Source of the DNA: Octopus bimaculoides
Taxonomy: Eukaryota
Assembly: GCF_001194135.2 (NCBI RefSeq)
Contig: NC_068984.1
Coordinates: forward strand, 18,972,053-19,036,052
Direction of reading: 5' to 3'
DNA length: 64,000 bases
The first letter of the stretch is position 1; the number at the start of each line of letters is the position of its first letter. The notes under the pieces were generated by a model. It was not told where the DNA came from. It saw only the letters and a program-made list of their open reading frames with translations, and searched no databases. Position numbers and translations under genes: made by a program. Below are positions 12,246-24,554 of the stretch, piece by piece.

Positions 12246-12442
12246 GGGTCAATCTAATTGACTATCTCCTTCCCCCTATAGTAGAAAAGATTATTCATCA
12301 TCATCATCATCATCGTTTAACGTCCGCTTTCCATGCAACCCATGCTAGCATGGAAAGCGGACGTTAAACGATGATGATGATGATGATGAATAATCTTTTC
12401 TACTATAGGGGGAAGGAGATAGTCAATTAGATTGACCCAGTA
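12242..12442. repeat. Perfect inverted repeat, 95-bp arms, 11-nt spacer
   Basis: 12242-12336 is the exact reverse complement of 12348-12442, including (CAT)6/(ATG)6; spacer aacccatgcta. Confidence 0.95.
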
Positions 12443-12613
12443 CTCATCTGGTACTTATTTTATTGACCCCAAAAGATGAAAGGTAAAGTTAACCTTGGTG
12501 GAATTTGAACTCAGAATGTGAAAATGGATGAAATACCACTAAGCATTTCACCCAGTGTGCTAACAATTCTGCCAGCTCGCTGCCTTGATAATAATAATTA
12601 ACCAACAACTGAC

Positions 12614-12693
12614 CTTATTGCTTCATAGTATTTGTCAATTGCCATCTGTACTTGGCCTGAATCTCCAAGAACTTTACCGATGTTGTAATGTAT
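12614..12693 (-). CDS. TMTC4: TMTC4 exon (TPR)
   Basis: tttaag/gtcagt; 80 nt, phase 0 to 2; IHYNIGKVLGDSGQVQMAIDKYYEAI(R). Confidence 0.94.
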
Positions 12694-13281
12694 CTTAAAT
12701 AAAAATAAAAGAAAAGAGTTGGAATACATATTTAATTTAATTTGTAGCTTATATCTATATGCCGTTTTTAAAAAGTACAATATTTAATGGCATAAAAGAT
12801 GCACGGGTATATTAGGCACATTCCAAATTCAGAAGTGCTTATTTGAGTAAAAATAGTCTTTTTAGTGCATTAAAGCTTCTGAGATGCTCAGCTTCACATA
12901 TAAGGACCTGCAGTTTATTTTCAAAGACATTTTTTCAAGGAAAAAAAAAGTGCTTTATAATGCCATCAAATATAGTAGGTATTTGTAGAAGGTACACTGA
13001 CCTGATGATTTCATTTGAATATATAGACATGAGGTAAGCATAAGTGTGTGTATGTGTATGTGCACATGTATGTGTATGTATGAGAAACAGAGAGAGCATA
13101 TGCAGGATTTTTTTGTTTTGTTTTTCTTTAGGTGAATATTTGTTGTTAATTGTTACAAATGCAACGTTTTAATGTGCCGTTTGCGAAATAATTTAAACAA
13201 CTATATTTTCTTGCATTACATAAAATGAAATGAAAGATTTAACAGAACGCTTAATAAAAATGCTATAAAAGAGAAGCTTAC

Positions 13282-13353
13282 TTTAGCATTTAATGGACAG
13301 ACTTTTGCACCTGAAGTAAATAACTGAAATTCTGTTTGCCATTCAGAACTCCT
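13282..13353 (-). CDS. TMTC4: TMTC4 exon
   Basis: poly-T-cag/gtaagc; 72 nt; RSSEWQTEFQLFTSGAKVCPLNAK. Confidence 0.95.
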
Positions 13354-13864
13354 CTGAAAAAAAAAAAAATTGAAGTTTTATAAATATGAATATGTGGTGT
13401 GTGTGTGTTAATATACAGAAACTTAATATATCTTCTTCAAACAAACATGTGCCATAAGCAGTTTTTCAAACATCTGGGTATCATCTACAAAACCCAGTTC
13501 TTCAGATATGTCAGGAGATAAAGAAATGTGTTAGCAAGTAAACATAAATAATATATATCATGTGAGTGAAATGTGGTACTTTGGGGCTTTTCTTATATAA
13601 TTATGGAGCTCTGTAACAGAGACAGATAGGATAAAGATCCTTTCTGAGTCATAGAGACTCATATTCAGTTTCCTGGTTTCCATGGTGTATATATTCCTCC
13701 TGGATGGGATGCCAGTCCATTTCAAGATTACTAATTTTTGTCAGCTGATTGGACTGGAGCAACATGAAATGAAGATCACAACACAACACCCAGTCCAAGA
13801 ATTGAAACAACATGAGCTGGATGGAATACGTTGAGGCTGATTTTCTATGGCTGGGTGCACTACC

Positions 13865-13895
<31 letters not shown>

Positions 13896-14685
13896 NNNNN
13901 NNNNNNNNNNNNNNNNNNNNNNNNNNNNNNNNNNNNNNNNNNNNNNNNNNNNNNNNNNNNNNNNNNNNNNNNNNNNNNNNNNNNNNNNNNNNNNNNNNNN
14001 NNNNNNNNNNNNNNNNNNNNNNNNNNNNNNNNNNNNNNNNNNNNNNNNNNTATATATATGGCATGTTGAATGCACCATCCGAACGTAATCATTGCCAGGC
14101 CCACCTGACTGGTTCCTGTGCTGGTGGCACATAAAAAGCACCCACTACACTCTCAGAGTGGTTGGTGTTAGGAAGGGCATCCAGCTGTAGAAACATTGCC
14201 AGATCAGATTGGAGCCTGGTGCAGCCGCTGGCTCTCTAGACCTCAGTCAAACAATCCAACCCATGCCAGCATGGAAAATGGATGTTAAACGATGATGTGA
14301 TGCTGATGATGATGAGGCTCAGGTGCACTACAACTCATTAGGCAAAATAGTTAGAGGCATTTTGTCTATTTTTATGTTCTGAGTTCAAATTCTGCTGTGG
14401 TTGACTTTTTCTTTCATCTTTTTGGAGTCAATAAAATGAGTACCAGTTGAGCACTGGTATCCCTCACATGAACTTGCTGGCCTTGTGCCAAAATTTTAAA
14501 CCAATATTATTGCTGTTTATAGGTTTCCAGTGAACAAATCAGTGGTTCACTGCCTTTTCGACAGTGAGAGAGACAAAGTATGTAACTTGGAGTAAATGAA
14601 AAACCATTCTATGATCACCAATTTTTTTCAGTTTTTTCTAACTGATGTTTATCTCTTGGTGATATACACACTGGCAAAAGATATA

Positions 14686-15252
14686 TAGCAATGCCTCAAT
14701 ATACAAGCTAATTTGTTCCTGGAGACCACTCATAAAGCAAAAACTCGTAAAGCAGAGCAATAATTTCCCATAGGAGCAATGTTATAAATCGTAATTCATT
14801 CCCAGAAAAATATTTTAGCAATAAAATTTATAATACTCGTAAATAAATGGCAATAAAACAACAGTAGAATGTAAAGAATATTTCATGTAAAGTAAAAAGA
14901 ATGTCAAGATCATTTATGATAAAAAATATTATTATAATTATTTTGTGAATCACTTTCACTTGCACAAGACTCATGCACAGCATCACTTGTAGACACGATC
15001 GCCAATTCATAAACACTCATAGACGGAATTGTAGATTTCTTTTTAAAAAACAAGTCTAGAATTATTTGCTTAGAAGTTTTTTTCGCTCTCTATAAATTTC
15101 TCAGTAACATGCAAAAGCATTTGTTATAGTAGTAGAAACTTTGGCACTTCATTCAAAATATGGATCTTGTGCTTGAAAATTTTATTATAAACTAAAACTC
15201 GTAAACCTAGGGTCTTGCAAAGAGGGGGTCCTCATAAAGTGAGGCATAACTG
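14686..15252. mobile_element. pogo/Tigger-like non-autonomous DNA transposon
   Basis: Ends tatagcaatgcctcaat and reverse-complement tacagttatgcctcact (13/17 match) with TA at both ends. Confidence 0.5.
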
Positions 15253-16880
15253 TACATACATATACAAGCTTCTGTATAGTTTCCATTTACCAAATTACAC
15301 TCAAAAACTATTGGCCAACTCATGATGCCATAAGCAGGGGCTCTGAATTTTTTTCTTTCTTTCGTTTTATTTTATGTGGAAGGGCCCTGTCAGATATTTA
15401 CATGCTCCTTTTTGACTCTTCAGACCTCAGACCAATATACTGGCTGAACCCTATTCAAATAAGCCTTGACTATGAGTGGGACTGAACTTGGAACAATGTT
15501 GTGAAAAGGACTCCTCAATCACACAATCATGCTCCTTCTTATCCCCTTTTTGTTTAGGTACAAACCTATATTCTTAGTTTAGTTAAAAGAAAGTATTAAA
15601 GACAAAAGGTGACATTTCTGAACAATCTTGTATTTTCTTAAAAGGCAATAGAAGTGGATTGTTGAGTTACTGGTCAACAACAACTTGAAACAAATGTCAT
15701 CATCTGCTTTATAGTTTAATTTTGAATGAAATATAAAAGAGCAGATGTTTATTCATTTATTACTAAGTTATTATTTATTTATTTTCCTGCTGCTTAAATA
15801 TATAAGGTGTAGTGTAGGAGGAAAGATTAGATCAACACTATTATATTCTATTCCCTACAACTACTACTATTAGCTACTACTCCAACAGGCAGTAGAACAG
15901 CAGGTCTTTTCAAACAAACACTTTCTTTCATTCATTTACTTGTTTCTGTCATTAGGTGAAGGCCATGCTGGGGCCAAGGGTTTAGTCAAATAAATCAGCC
16001 TCAGTACCTATTCCTTTTTCAAAGCCTGGTACTTTTTCTATAGATTTATAAGGCTGAACTGTTAAGTTACAAGGTAGGAAACAAACCAACACTGGCTGTC
16101 AGGTGGTGAGACACAGGCATACAGACACACACACACCACACACACACATTTTGGAGGTGTAGTAGAACTGCATCAGTGACCAGGTTGCAATTCCTCAATT
16201 CATGTGACAAAATTTTGACACCAAATGAAAAATGTCTAAGTGAAGTTATCAATCTTTGTGTGTTTTTGAATGGTTAATACGTCTTCCATACTGTAATTCT
16301 CTCTTTCTCTCTGTATACACACACACACACATCAACATAGGAAAGGATTCCACAGTTTCCATCAACCAAATCCATTTACAAGGCTTTGGTCAGCATAGGA
16401 CTATTATAGAAGACACCCCAGGTACCGTGTGGTGGGACCGAACCTGAAACAATGTGGTTGTGAAACAAACTTTGTAACCACACAGCTTTGCTGTTCACCC
16501 TTTGCTAATTACATTTTTAACAAAATACCTGACATTAACTAAATTTGGAAAGTAAAACTTTGAAAGAATTTAGTGAAATAATTAACTTTACATCATTTAG
16601 TTAGCATTTGTAACATAATTAAAGATAACAGCATAAAACTGCGACTGAAGTTTTAATTTAAATATGAACATTTTAAACAAATGGTTTAAAACATGAGACA
16701 ATCACAGGTGGGTTTGTCACAAAAGGGTTAAATAATTTGTATTGTAAGAGAAGACTCTTCAAGAAACACCTGCTGTTAATCCCTTCATTATGTTATTAAT
16801 GCATAAGGTGTATGCTGTCATGCACCTGAGCATTGTATTCAAGAAGCTCATTATTATAAATATAAAACAAAAAGTTTTAC

Positions 16881-16937
16881 CTGCACTGATCTGTATATGT
16901 TTATAACAACCAAAAATATTAACAATGAAGTCACAAC
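16881..16937 (-). CDS. TMTC4: TMTC4 exon (last TM helix)
   Basis: ctttcag/gtaaaa; 57 nt; VVTSLLIFLVVINIYRSVQ, in frame with both neighbours. Confidence 0.85.
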
Positions 16938-17487
16938 CTGAAAGATAAAGAAATGATTGTTTGGATAAACTACGGCTGAACTGTGAATGTGTGCTTATCA
17001 TTTTTAGATTTCATAAAGGATATTTGAAATTTCATACATACACACACATACAAACGTATACATTCACAAACACATGCAAACAAACATGTACAGTCATATA
17101 TACGCACAAATGTACATACACTGGTACATACATGCATACACATGTATATACACATATAATGTACATAAACCCACACAGACTCTTGTACACACACATATAC
17201 ATCCACACATACATATGCATTCACATATTTGGACACATATATGTACATTCATATATACATACATGTACATCCATATATATACACATACATGCTTGTGTGT
17301 GCATGTGTGTGTTTGTTTGTTTAGTACCTGTAGTCGCTTTCATTCCACAATTTCTCACTAGTGATATCTAGATATCTAGTCAACAGAGATCTTCAGCAAA
17401 TTTGTGCAGTATCTGAGGAAAGAAAAGATAACCTTCTCTTTTGCTTCTTCAGACACCATTGTAAAACCTTCATGCATGTGTAACAGA

Positions 17488-17542
<55 letters not shown>

Positions 17543-18551
17543 GTTATGAGAGGTAATGGTGTCAATAAGACCCTAAGGTGTCAGGTAATGCTGAGTAAGT
17601 GCTATGGATAGACCATAGTTAAGCTCTAGGTTTGGTGATTAGGCGAATAAGGAGTCCAATGACCAATAATGTTTGAGAGTTTGAGTTCTTCTAGAATTAA
17701 TTAATTTCATTTTATTGTTTCAACCATGAACAGTGTTGTTTTCAACAATAAAAATATCTAAGACTAAATTATTCAGTATTCTTTCTTCTTTTTTCAAAAT
17801 GGCGGATGTAATATGATGGAGTTTTAGCTGCTATATCTGCCATGTCAAACGACCATGTAGAATCTCACTTGTTAGGTCTTTATTCTAGTTTTCATCTGAC
17901 AGTTTACGTTCAACTCGATAACTTCTTTTAATGATCGATTCGAGCTTGTATAGATTTCGTTGCAACTTAATCATTGAACTTCTTAAGATAACTAAAACGA
18001 ACAACATCCTGTTGATAATTAATGGAATCCTGACAATCTGTATTTACTGAGGATGACTTGATCTGTAATTGTTTTTATAGAAATATCAAAGACAATTTTC
18101 TCTCTTTATCTCTCTCTCTGCTGAGTACTGAAAGCAATCTAGTGTCCTATGTTCAGTCTTTAAATGTCACAATAACTACAACAGCAACAATAACAATTTT
18201 GCTTCGGTACATGTAACTGCAATTAAATATTTTCTGTATACTCAATGAAGCTGACAGCTAAACCTTAAAAGCGTTATAAGATTAATGTCAGGTAGATGCT
18301 TTATAATACTTATCTTTTATGCAGTGTCAATCCGTAACTGACTTCAGTTTATTTATACAGTTTAAAAACAACCATTAAACTTCGCAAGCGCTTGAAGAGA
18401 TTGACCCCAATACTCATTTTTTTTAACACTGGTACTTATTCTATCAGTCCCTTTTGCCAAACCACAAGGTTACTGGACATAAACACACCAACACCAGTTG
18501 TCAAACTGGTGGGGGACAAACACAAAGACACATACACACACACACATATGA

Positions 18552-18932
18552 GTGGAGGCACAATGGCTCAGTGGTTAGGGCAGCAGACTCACAGTCATAG
18601 GATCGCGGTTTCAATTCCCAGACCGGGTGTTGTGAGTGTTTATTGAGTGAAAATACCTAAAATTCCACAAGGCTCCGGCAGGGGTGGTGGCAAATCCTGC
18701 TGTACTCTTTCACTACAACTTTCTCTCACTCTTTATTCCTGTTTCTGTTGTATCTGTATTTCAAAGGGCCAGCCCTGTCACACTGTGTCATGCTGAATAT
18801 CCCCGAGAACTACATTAAAGGTTCACGTGACTGTGGAGTGCTCAGCCATTTGCACATTAATTTCACAAGCAGGCTGTTCCGTTCATTGTATCAACTGGAA
18901 CCTTCGTCGTCATAACCAATGGAGTACCACAA
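18552..18932 (+). mobile_element. SINE family E (tRNA-like head, AAC tail)
   Basis: ggaggcacaatggctcagtggttagggcagc...ggtttcaattccc; better-preserved inverted copy at 59405-59786, partial copy at 5160-5380. Confidence 0.85.
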
Positions 18933-19169
18933 CATATATATGAAGGGCTTCTTTTCAGTTTCTGTCTACTAAATCCACTCACAAGGTTTTGGTTGGCCCG
19001 AGGCTATAGAACATAGACACTTACCCAAGGTGTCATGTAGTGGGACAGAACCTGAAACCAAGTGGTTAGGAAGCAAACTTCTTACCACACAGCCATGTCT
19101 AATGCTTGTATGCAAAAAACTTTTTTTAAAGTAAATAAAAACGTAAAAGATTTTGAGTGACATATTTAC

Positions 19170-19347
19170 CTTTTTAGAAAAGACACTGTATTGACAAAAC
19201 TGCTGGAGCCCAATCACAAATAACATACAGTAGCCAACACTGGGCAAGTACAGGATGCGTTCAGCTATTACGAAACCAACACGAAAGAACAGATTACTGG
19301 CCGGAAGGAATGGTATGAGTAGAAATGCAATGGATAAAAGAAGCAGC
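19170..19347 (-). CDS. TMTC4: TMTC4 exon
   Basis: ggcag/gtaaat; 178 nt; (R)LLLLSIAFLLIPFLPASNLFFRVGFVIAERILYLPSVGYCMLFVIGLQQFCQYSVFSKK (PFLPASN...AER.LY.PS motif). Confidence 0.97.
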
Positions 19348-19649
19348 CTGCCAATGAAATAGAAATGAGAGAGAAAGAGTTACAAATAAAATGTAAATAA
19401 ATAAATGAATGATGATAAACATAGGGGAGATGAACAAAGCAGTCTTTTGATACTGGGAAACTTATAAATACATGCAAAATATAAGAGTGGCTGTGTGGTA
19501 AAGTTTGCTTCTCAGCCACATGGTTCTGGGTTCAGTCTCGCTGAATGACACCGCAGGCTAAAAGTGTCTTCTATTATGGACTCAGGTTGACCAAAACTTT
19601 GTGAGTGGATTTGGAAGATGGAAACTGAAAGAAGACCATCATATGTATA

Positions 19650-19686
<37 letters not shown>

Positions 19687-19914
19687 TCCTCCTACTGCTT
19701 GATAATAACCAGTGTTGGTGTGTTTATGTTCCTGCAACTTAGCGGTTTGGCAAAAGAGTCCAATAGAATAAGTAGCAGATTTTAAAAAACAAATAAGTAC
19801 TGGGGTCGATTCATTCAACTAAAATGTTTCAAGGCAGTGCTCCAGCATGGCCACAGCCTAATGACTGAAACAAATAAGAGAAATAAGATGATAAAATGTA
19901 TATATATGCATATA

Positions 19915-20680
19915 TGAGTTCCTTTTGAGTGTTGGGCCTCACGGAGCAAGGTGGTTGAGTTCCTTTCAAGTGTTGGGCCTCACAGAGGCAATGACCAAGA
20001 CCTTTGGCATGTTGTGCTTGAGAAGAAAACCCATCAAGCCAAGCAAAATCACCATCGTGGCAGATACCAGTGTTGTGCAAATTGGCACCCTTGCCGGTGG
20101 CATGTAACTGCACCCTGGGGTCACACAAATGGCACCCATGTTGGTGGCATGTAAAAGCACCTATTACAATGTCGGAGTAGTTGGCATTAGGAAGGGTATC
20201 CAGTCGTAGAAAATTATGTCAAATCAGACTGGAGTCTGGTGCAGCCTTCCAGTGTGCCAGCCCAGTCAAACTGTCCAACCCATGCCAGCATGGACAACAG
20301 TGGCATGTAAAAAGCACCATTTGAGCGTGATCGTTATCAGCATCGCCTTACTGGCACTTGTGCCAGTGGTACGTGAACAAAACATTCGAGCAAGGTCATT
20401 GCCAGTGCCGCTTGACCGACTCCTGTGCAGGTGGCATGTAAAAAACACCATTTTGAGCATGGCCGTTGCCAGTACCGCCAGACTGGCCCTCGTGGCGGTG
20501 GCACGTAAAAGCACCCACTACACTCATAGAGTGGTTGGCATTAAGAAGGGCATCCAGCTGTAGAAACACTACCAGATCAGATTGTGGCCTGGTGCAGCCA
20601 TCTGGTTCACCAGTTCTCAGTCAAATCGTCCAACCCATGCTAGCATGGAAAGCAGACGTTAAACAATAATGATGATGATA
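19915..20680 (+). mobile_element. Two tandem family C elements (minisatellite plus RTE-type tail)
   Basis: ~65-bp diverged units gtggcacgtaaaaagcacc...ttgccagt..., then cccactacactc...ggaagggcatccagctgtagaaa...ccaacccatgctagcatggaaagcagacgttaaac(gat)n. Other copies: 14060-14312, 24168-24550, 31575-31716, 34989-35152, 51950-52412 (+); 27786-27868, 50018-50398, 57148-57413 (-). Confidence 0.85.
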
Positions 20681-21128
20681 TATATATATATATATATATG
20701 AACACTCATATATATACATATACACACAGACACATATATACATGTGGAGAGAGAGAGAGAGAGAGAGAATTCGGGCTTATGCATCACAGTATATAAACCT
20801 TGCTTCTACCTTGTCCAGTGGCCTGTACAGCAGGAAGCGCCAAGAGGGAAAGTGGTGTCTTAGTAACAGAACTGTTACCACCTTTGTCTGATATATGATA
20901 TTAATGAGAAACCCAGATTACGAAGGTGACAGCCAAGAAAGTTGAGGTGCAATGACGACACCTAAGAAAGCCAGGGTGAGGTGACAGTCAGAAAAGTCAC
21001 AGTGACAACCAGGAAAAATAGGTGACTAAACACCATGAAGTCAAATATATATGTGTATATAAGGATTTACTTTTCGTAATGAGATAAAAAACCAAGGCTG
21101 TGTATAATATAGAACATTTATAAATAGA

Positions 21129-21178
21129 ATGTCTTACAGCTGTTTCCAGGATATTTATTATAACCCTTCATCGGAGAC
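21129..21178 (-). ncRNA. Minimal type-I hammerhead ribozyme-like motif (Penelope-type), one core substitution
   Basis: Minus strand: GUCU-CCGAUGA-AGGG[uuauaauaaaua]UCCU-G-GAAAC-AGCU-GUA-AGAC; stem I GUCU/AGAC, palindromic AGCU helix-III loop, GUA cleavage triplet. Confidence 0.6.
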
Positions 21179-22254
21179 GGTGTGAGAGGATGATTAAGCA
21201 ATAGTTAGTTTAGTTAAGATAGGAAATAAAGAGTGAGTGTAGGGATATTGTATTTGTAAATCCGTTGTTTAGGCAGAATGGTATACATATAAGATTCCAA
21301 TACCTTGTGAATAAAATCCAATTGTTTTTAAGATTGGTAGTTGTCTTTGTAAATCCATTATTAAGATTCCAATACCCTATGAGTAAAATCCAATAGTCTA
21401 AACATTCTACAGACACATAATTCTAAAGGATGATGATGATGATGATGATCACAACTACGTCAACCAATTATATATAAGTGGGGCGTCCTGAGGGACGACC
21501 TAAATAGATCGATAGATATATGTAAGTTTTCATATTTATGCATTAAAATCACATGACATAGAAGATCCTCTCCCCACACTCTCTCTCATATCTATCTCTC
21601 GATCTATATCATCATCATCTGGTTGAGCTTGCTTATTTATAGTGTCTTTTGATTGCTAATTTCTTGTCTAGGGTTGCAGGTCCTATAGACAATTGCAGTG
21701 TCAGTCAAACTGACGGGTTTCCCAGGCCAAGATTCATAAAAGTGTAATTTGTTCTGCAAAGTGGGAAGAAAGGACAAAGAAGTATTTTTTTCATGTTATG
21801 CATTTCATTCCCCACCACCATCCTGCTTTCCAATGATTGTGGCATTTCCACTCTTCTCAAGGCTTCAAAGTTTCACCATGACCCTGGCAGGGTAACTAAC
21901 AGGTATTATGCATTGCCAAAGGGCGACCTGTGATTTTGTCTGGGGCTGCTTATTGAGTATCACAGCTAACCTGTATATCTACAAATCATTCCTCTATCCG
22001 CAAACTGGGGACCTGATGAATAGGAGTTATCATCACCACACCATCATATACATACAGGCATACATACCAACATATATATGTATATACTTAAAAGGTCATC
22101 TGTTATGGCCAGTCAGAGGGTGGCCACTGGTTTTGCACCTACAAAGCACTTAGCTAAGTGTGATATCAATGGTCACTCTCTGATTGGTATTAATAAACTA
22201 CTTTCTAAATATATTACTGTTTTAATGCTTTAGAGTGTGCTTCCTTTTCAGATA

Positions 22255-22580
22255 TATGGCTCAGTGGTTAGAGCATTGGGCTCGCAATCATGAGGTAGTG
22301 AGTTCAATTCCTGGACCGGGCTCTGTGTTGTCTTCTTGAGCAAAACACTTTATTTCGCATTGCTCCAGTTCACTCAGCTGCAGAAATGAATTGTGATATC
22401 ACTGGTGCCAAGCTGTATCGGCCTTTGCTTTTCTCTTGGATAACTTTGGTGGTATGGAGAGAGGCTGGAATGCATGGGCGACTGCTGGTCTTCCATAAAC
22501 AAACTTGCCCAGACTTGTGCCTCAGAGGGGAACTTTTTATGTGCAATCCCATGGTCATTCATGACCAAAGGGAGTCTTTA
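22255..22580 (+). mobile_element. SINE family D (tRNA-like head)
   Basis: atggctcagtggttagagcattgggctcgcaatcatgaggtagtgagttcaattcc...; inverted copies at 29132-29462 and 54133-54475. Confidence 0.85.
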
Positions 22581-22777
22581 TATATATTCTATGGATAGGT
22601 TTTATGATTTATGCCAGTTCAGTTAGTGGTGACATTTTGATGTAAGAACCAATTTGCATCAAAAGCCAAGATAAATTTTGGAGAAGATAATGAAATGTTA
22701 AAAGAATATCCTGTATTTTTCAGTTTGTAACAAATGATAGATAAGTAAAAATATGAGTAAGTTGAATAAATGATTAC

Positions 22778-22980
22778 CTCTTCTGGTGTCCTGGACTACA
22801 AGTAACAGAAACATGTAAGAATGTGCAAAATCCTACCCAAAAGAGTAAGACAAGAACACATCTTGGATCAAGGAAGGATTCGATAGTAGGAATACATCCC
22901 ATCGACCAATCAAAACAAAGCCACCATGGGTTTAACAATAACCATACATTGAGAGCATACAAGTAACTGTAGTTGATGGA
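22778..22980 (-). CDS. TMTC4: TMTC4 exon (DUF1736 region)
   Basis: ttctag/gtaat; 203 nt, phase 0 to 2; SINYSYLYALNVWLLLNPWWLCFDWSMGCIPTIESFLDPR...SPGHQK. Confidence 0.97.
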
Positions 22981-23119
22981 CTAGAAAGGAAGAAAATAAA
23001 GAAATTGCTTGAGTGTATATATATATATATTTAATTATTATATTGTAATTAAAAAGACTGAACATTTTATTGTGCACATAATTATTACATTACATGAATA
23101 TTTCATTCCAAGGCATGCA

Positions 23120-23600
23120 AGCCATAAAGAGAGAGATGCTGCCAGAAGATATGATTTCAGAAAGGAATATAGCATGCAGGTAGACATCCACCATGGCTCA
23201 GTTCTTAGTTCTCTCTAATATGTTATAGTTCTCCAGGTTGTATCATAGAAGTTTAAGACTTGTTGCCAGTGGGAACTCCTGTATGTTGATGATTTAGTTC
23301 TCGTAGGTGAATGTGTCAAAGAAATATAAGAAATTCCAAACTAGGAAGCAACATCCAGAATTAAGAGGCTCCAAAGTAAACTTAGCAAAGACAAAATTTT
23401 TAAGTAAAAGTTAAAAAGACAGGATCCTGCTATAATCAAAGAGGTGGCTTTGCTCAATATACAGAAAAGGAGTTGGTAGGAATTCTGTGCAGTGTACCAA
23501 ATGTAAACAAAGGGTGGATGAGAAATACAGTGACATTGCTAGACAGGCAGACACAAAAGAAAGATTTTGCTTGCAGCAGAGATACAAGAGTTGTTAGCAT
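23120..23600 (+). mobile_element. Decayed RTE LINE RT fragment
   Basis: MQVDIHHGSVLSSL...FKTCCQWELLYVDDLVL. Confidence 0.8.
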
Positions 23601-23796
23601 GATGCCTGTTGTAATCTTTCATGCAATATATTATAGAGATTGAATATATCTCATATATAATCACTTAATTTGTTGTGAATTTCTAAAAGTATTAATTTTA
23701 CAAATTGCCATTAGTTTATTTCAATGGATTTTCATATGAGGTGCATTCCAGAAGTTTTGGGACTTTTAAGGAGAGAGACAGTTATAACTGTCCAAG

Positions 23797-24014
23797 CCCT
23801 TTAGCATTCAGATTATTCTGTCAAATGTCATTGCTTATTCATTCAGATTGCTTTGAATTAATCATGCATTATCTCGTAGTTTTGAGACCTAAATGATATA
23901 GTTGTTTATCATAAGAATAACATTGTAGGGTAGGTGTGAAACGTCGAATTTATGTCCAAACATAAAACAAGTAGAATATTTGGGCCAGATATGGTGGGTT
24001 CAAATGCTAAAGGG
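23797..24014. mobile_element. piggyBac-type MITE
   Basis: TIR ccctttagcatt / aatgctaaaggg followed by TTAA (24015-24018); partial copies at ~11697-11770 and ~32130-32275. Confidence 0.7.
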
Positions 24015-24554
24015 TTAAATTATTGTAATTTTAATATGTCATTTCTGTATACTTAATAAAGTGATATGCCCAAATTTTTTTAATTCCAGTTTGAAGGAGA
24101 TGACAGCATTTTGAACCCTAACCCTTCCAAAACCTGCTGGTCATAGCTAACTAGTTTGTACAATGCAGTGCGGGTGACACATGGAATTTCTTCGAGCGAG
24201 ATTGTTGCCGGTGCCCCTGAGCTGGCTCTTGTGTGGGGTTGTTGTAGGATTTTCGAGCGGGATCGTTGCCGGTGCCCCTGGGCTGGCACTTGTGCGGGTG
24301 ACACATGAGGTTTCTTGAGCGAGATGAGCGTGGCCGTTGCCAGTACCGCCTGACTGGCCTTCGTGCGGGTGACACGTAAAAGCACCCACTACACTCTCTG
24401 AGTGGTTGGCGTTAGGAAGGGCATCCAGCTGTAGAAACTCTGCCAAATCAGATTGGAGCCTGGTGTAGCCATCTGGTTTCACCAGTCCTCAGTCAAATTG
24501 TCCAACCCATGCTAGCATGGAAAGCGGACGTTAAACGACGACGACGACGAGTCA

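Noticed and set aside
16961-17371. His/Thr/Tyr-rich ORFs
   Set aside because: Degenerate (CA)/(TA) low-complexity tract.
20080-20520. Regularly spaced repeats resembling a CRISPR array
   Set aside because: Whole ~65-bp units are homologous (no unique spacers), they are part of a dispersed retroposon, and the context is eukaryotic.
22013-22045. CTGATGA motif on +
   Set aside because: No downstream GAAA or pairing stems.
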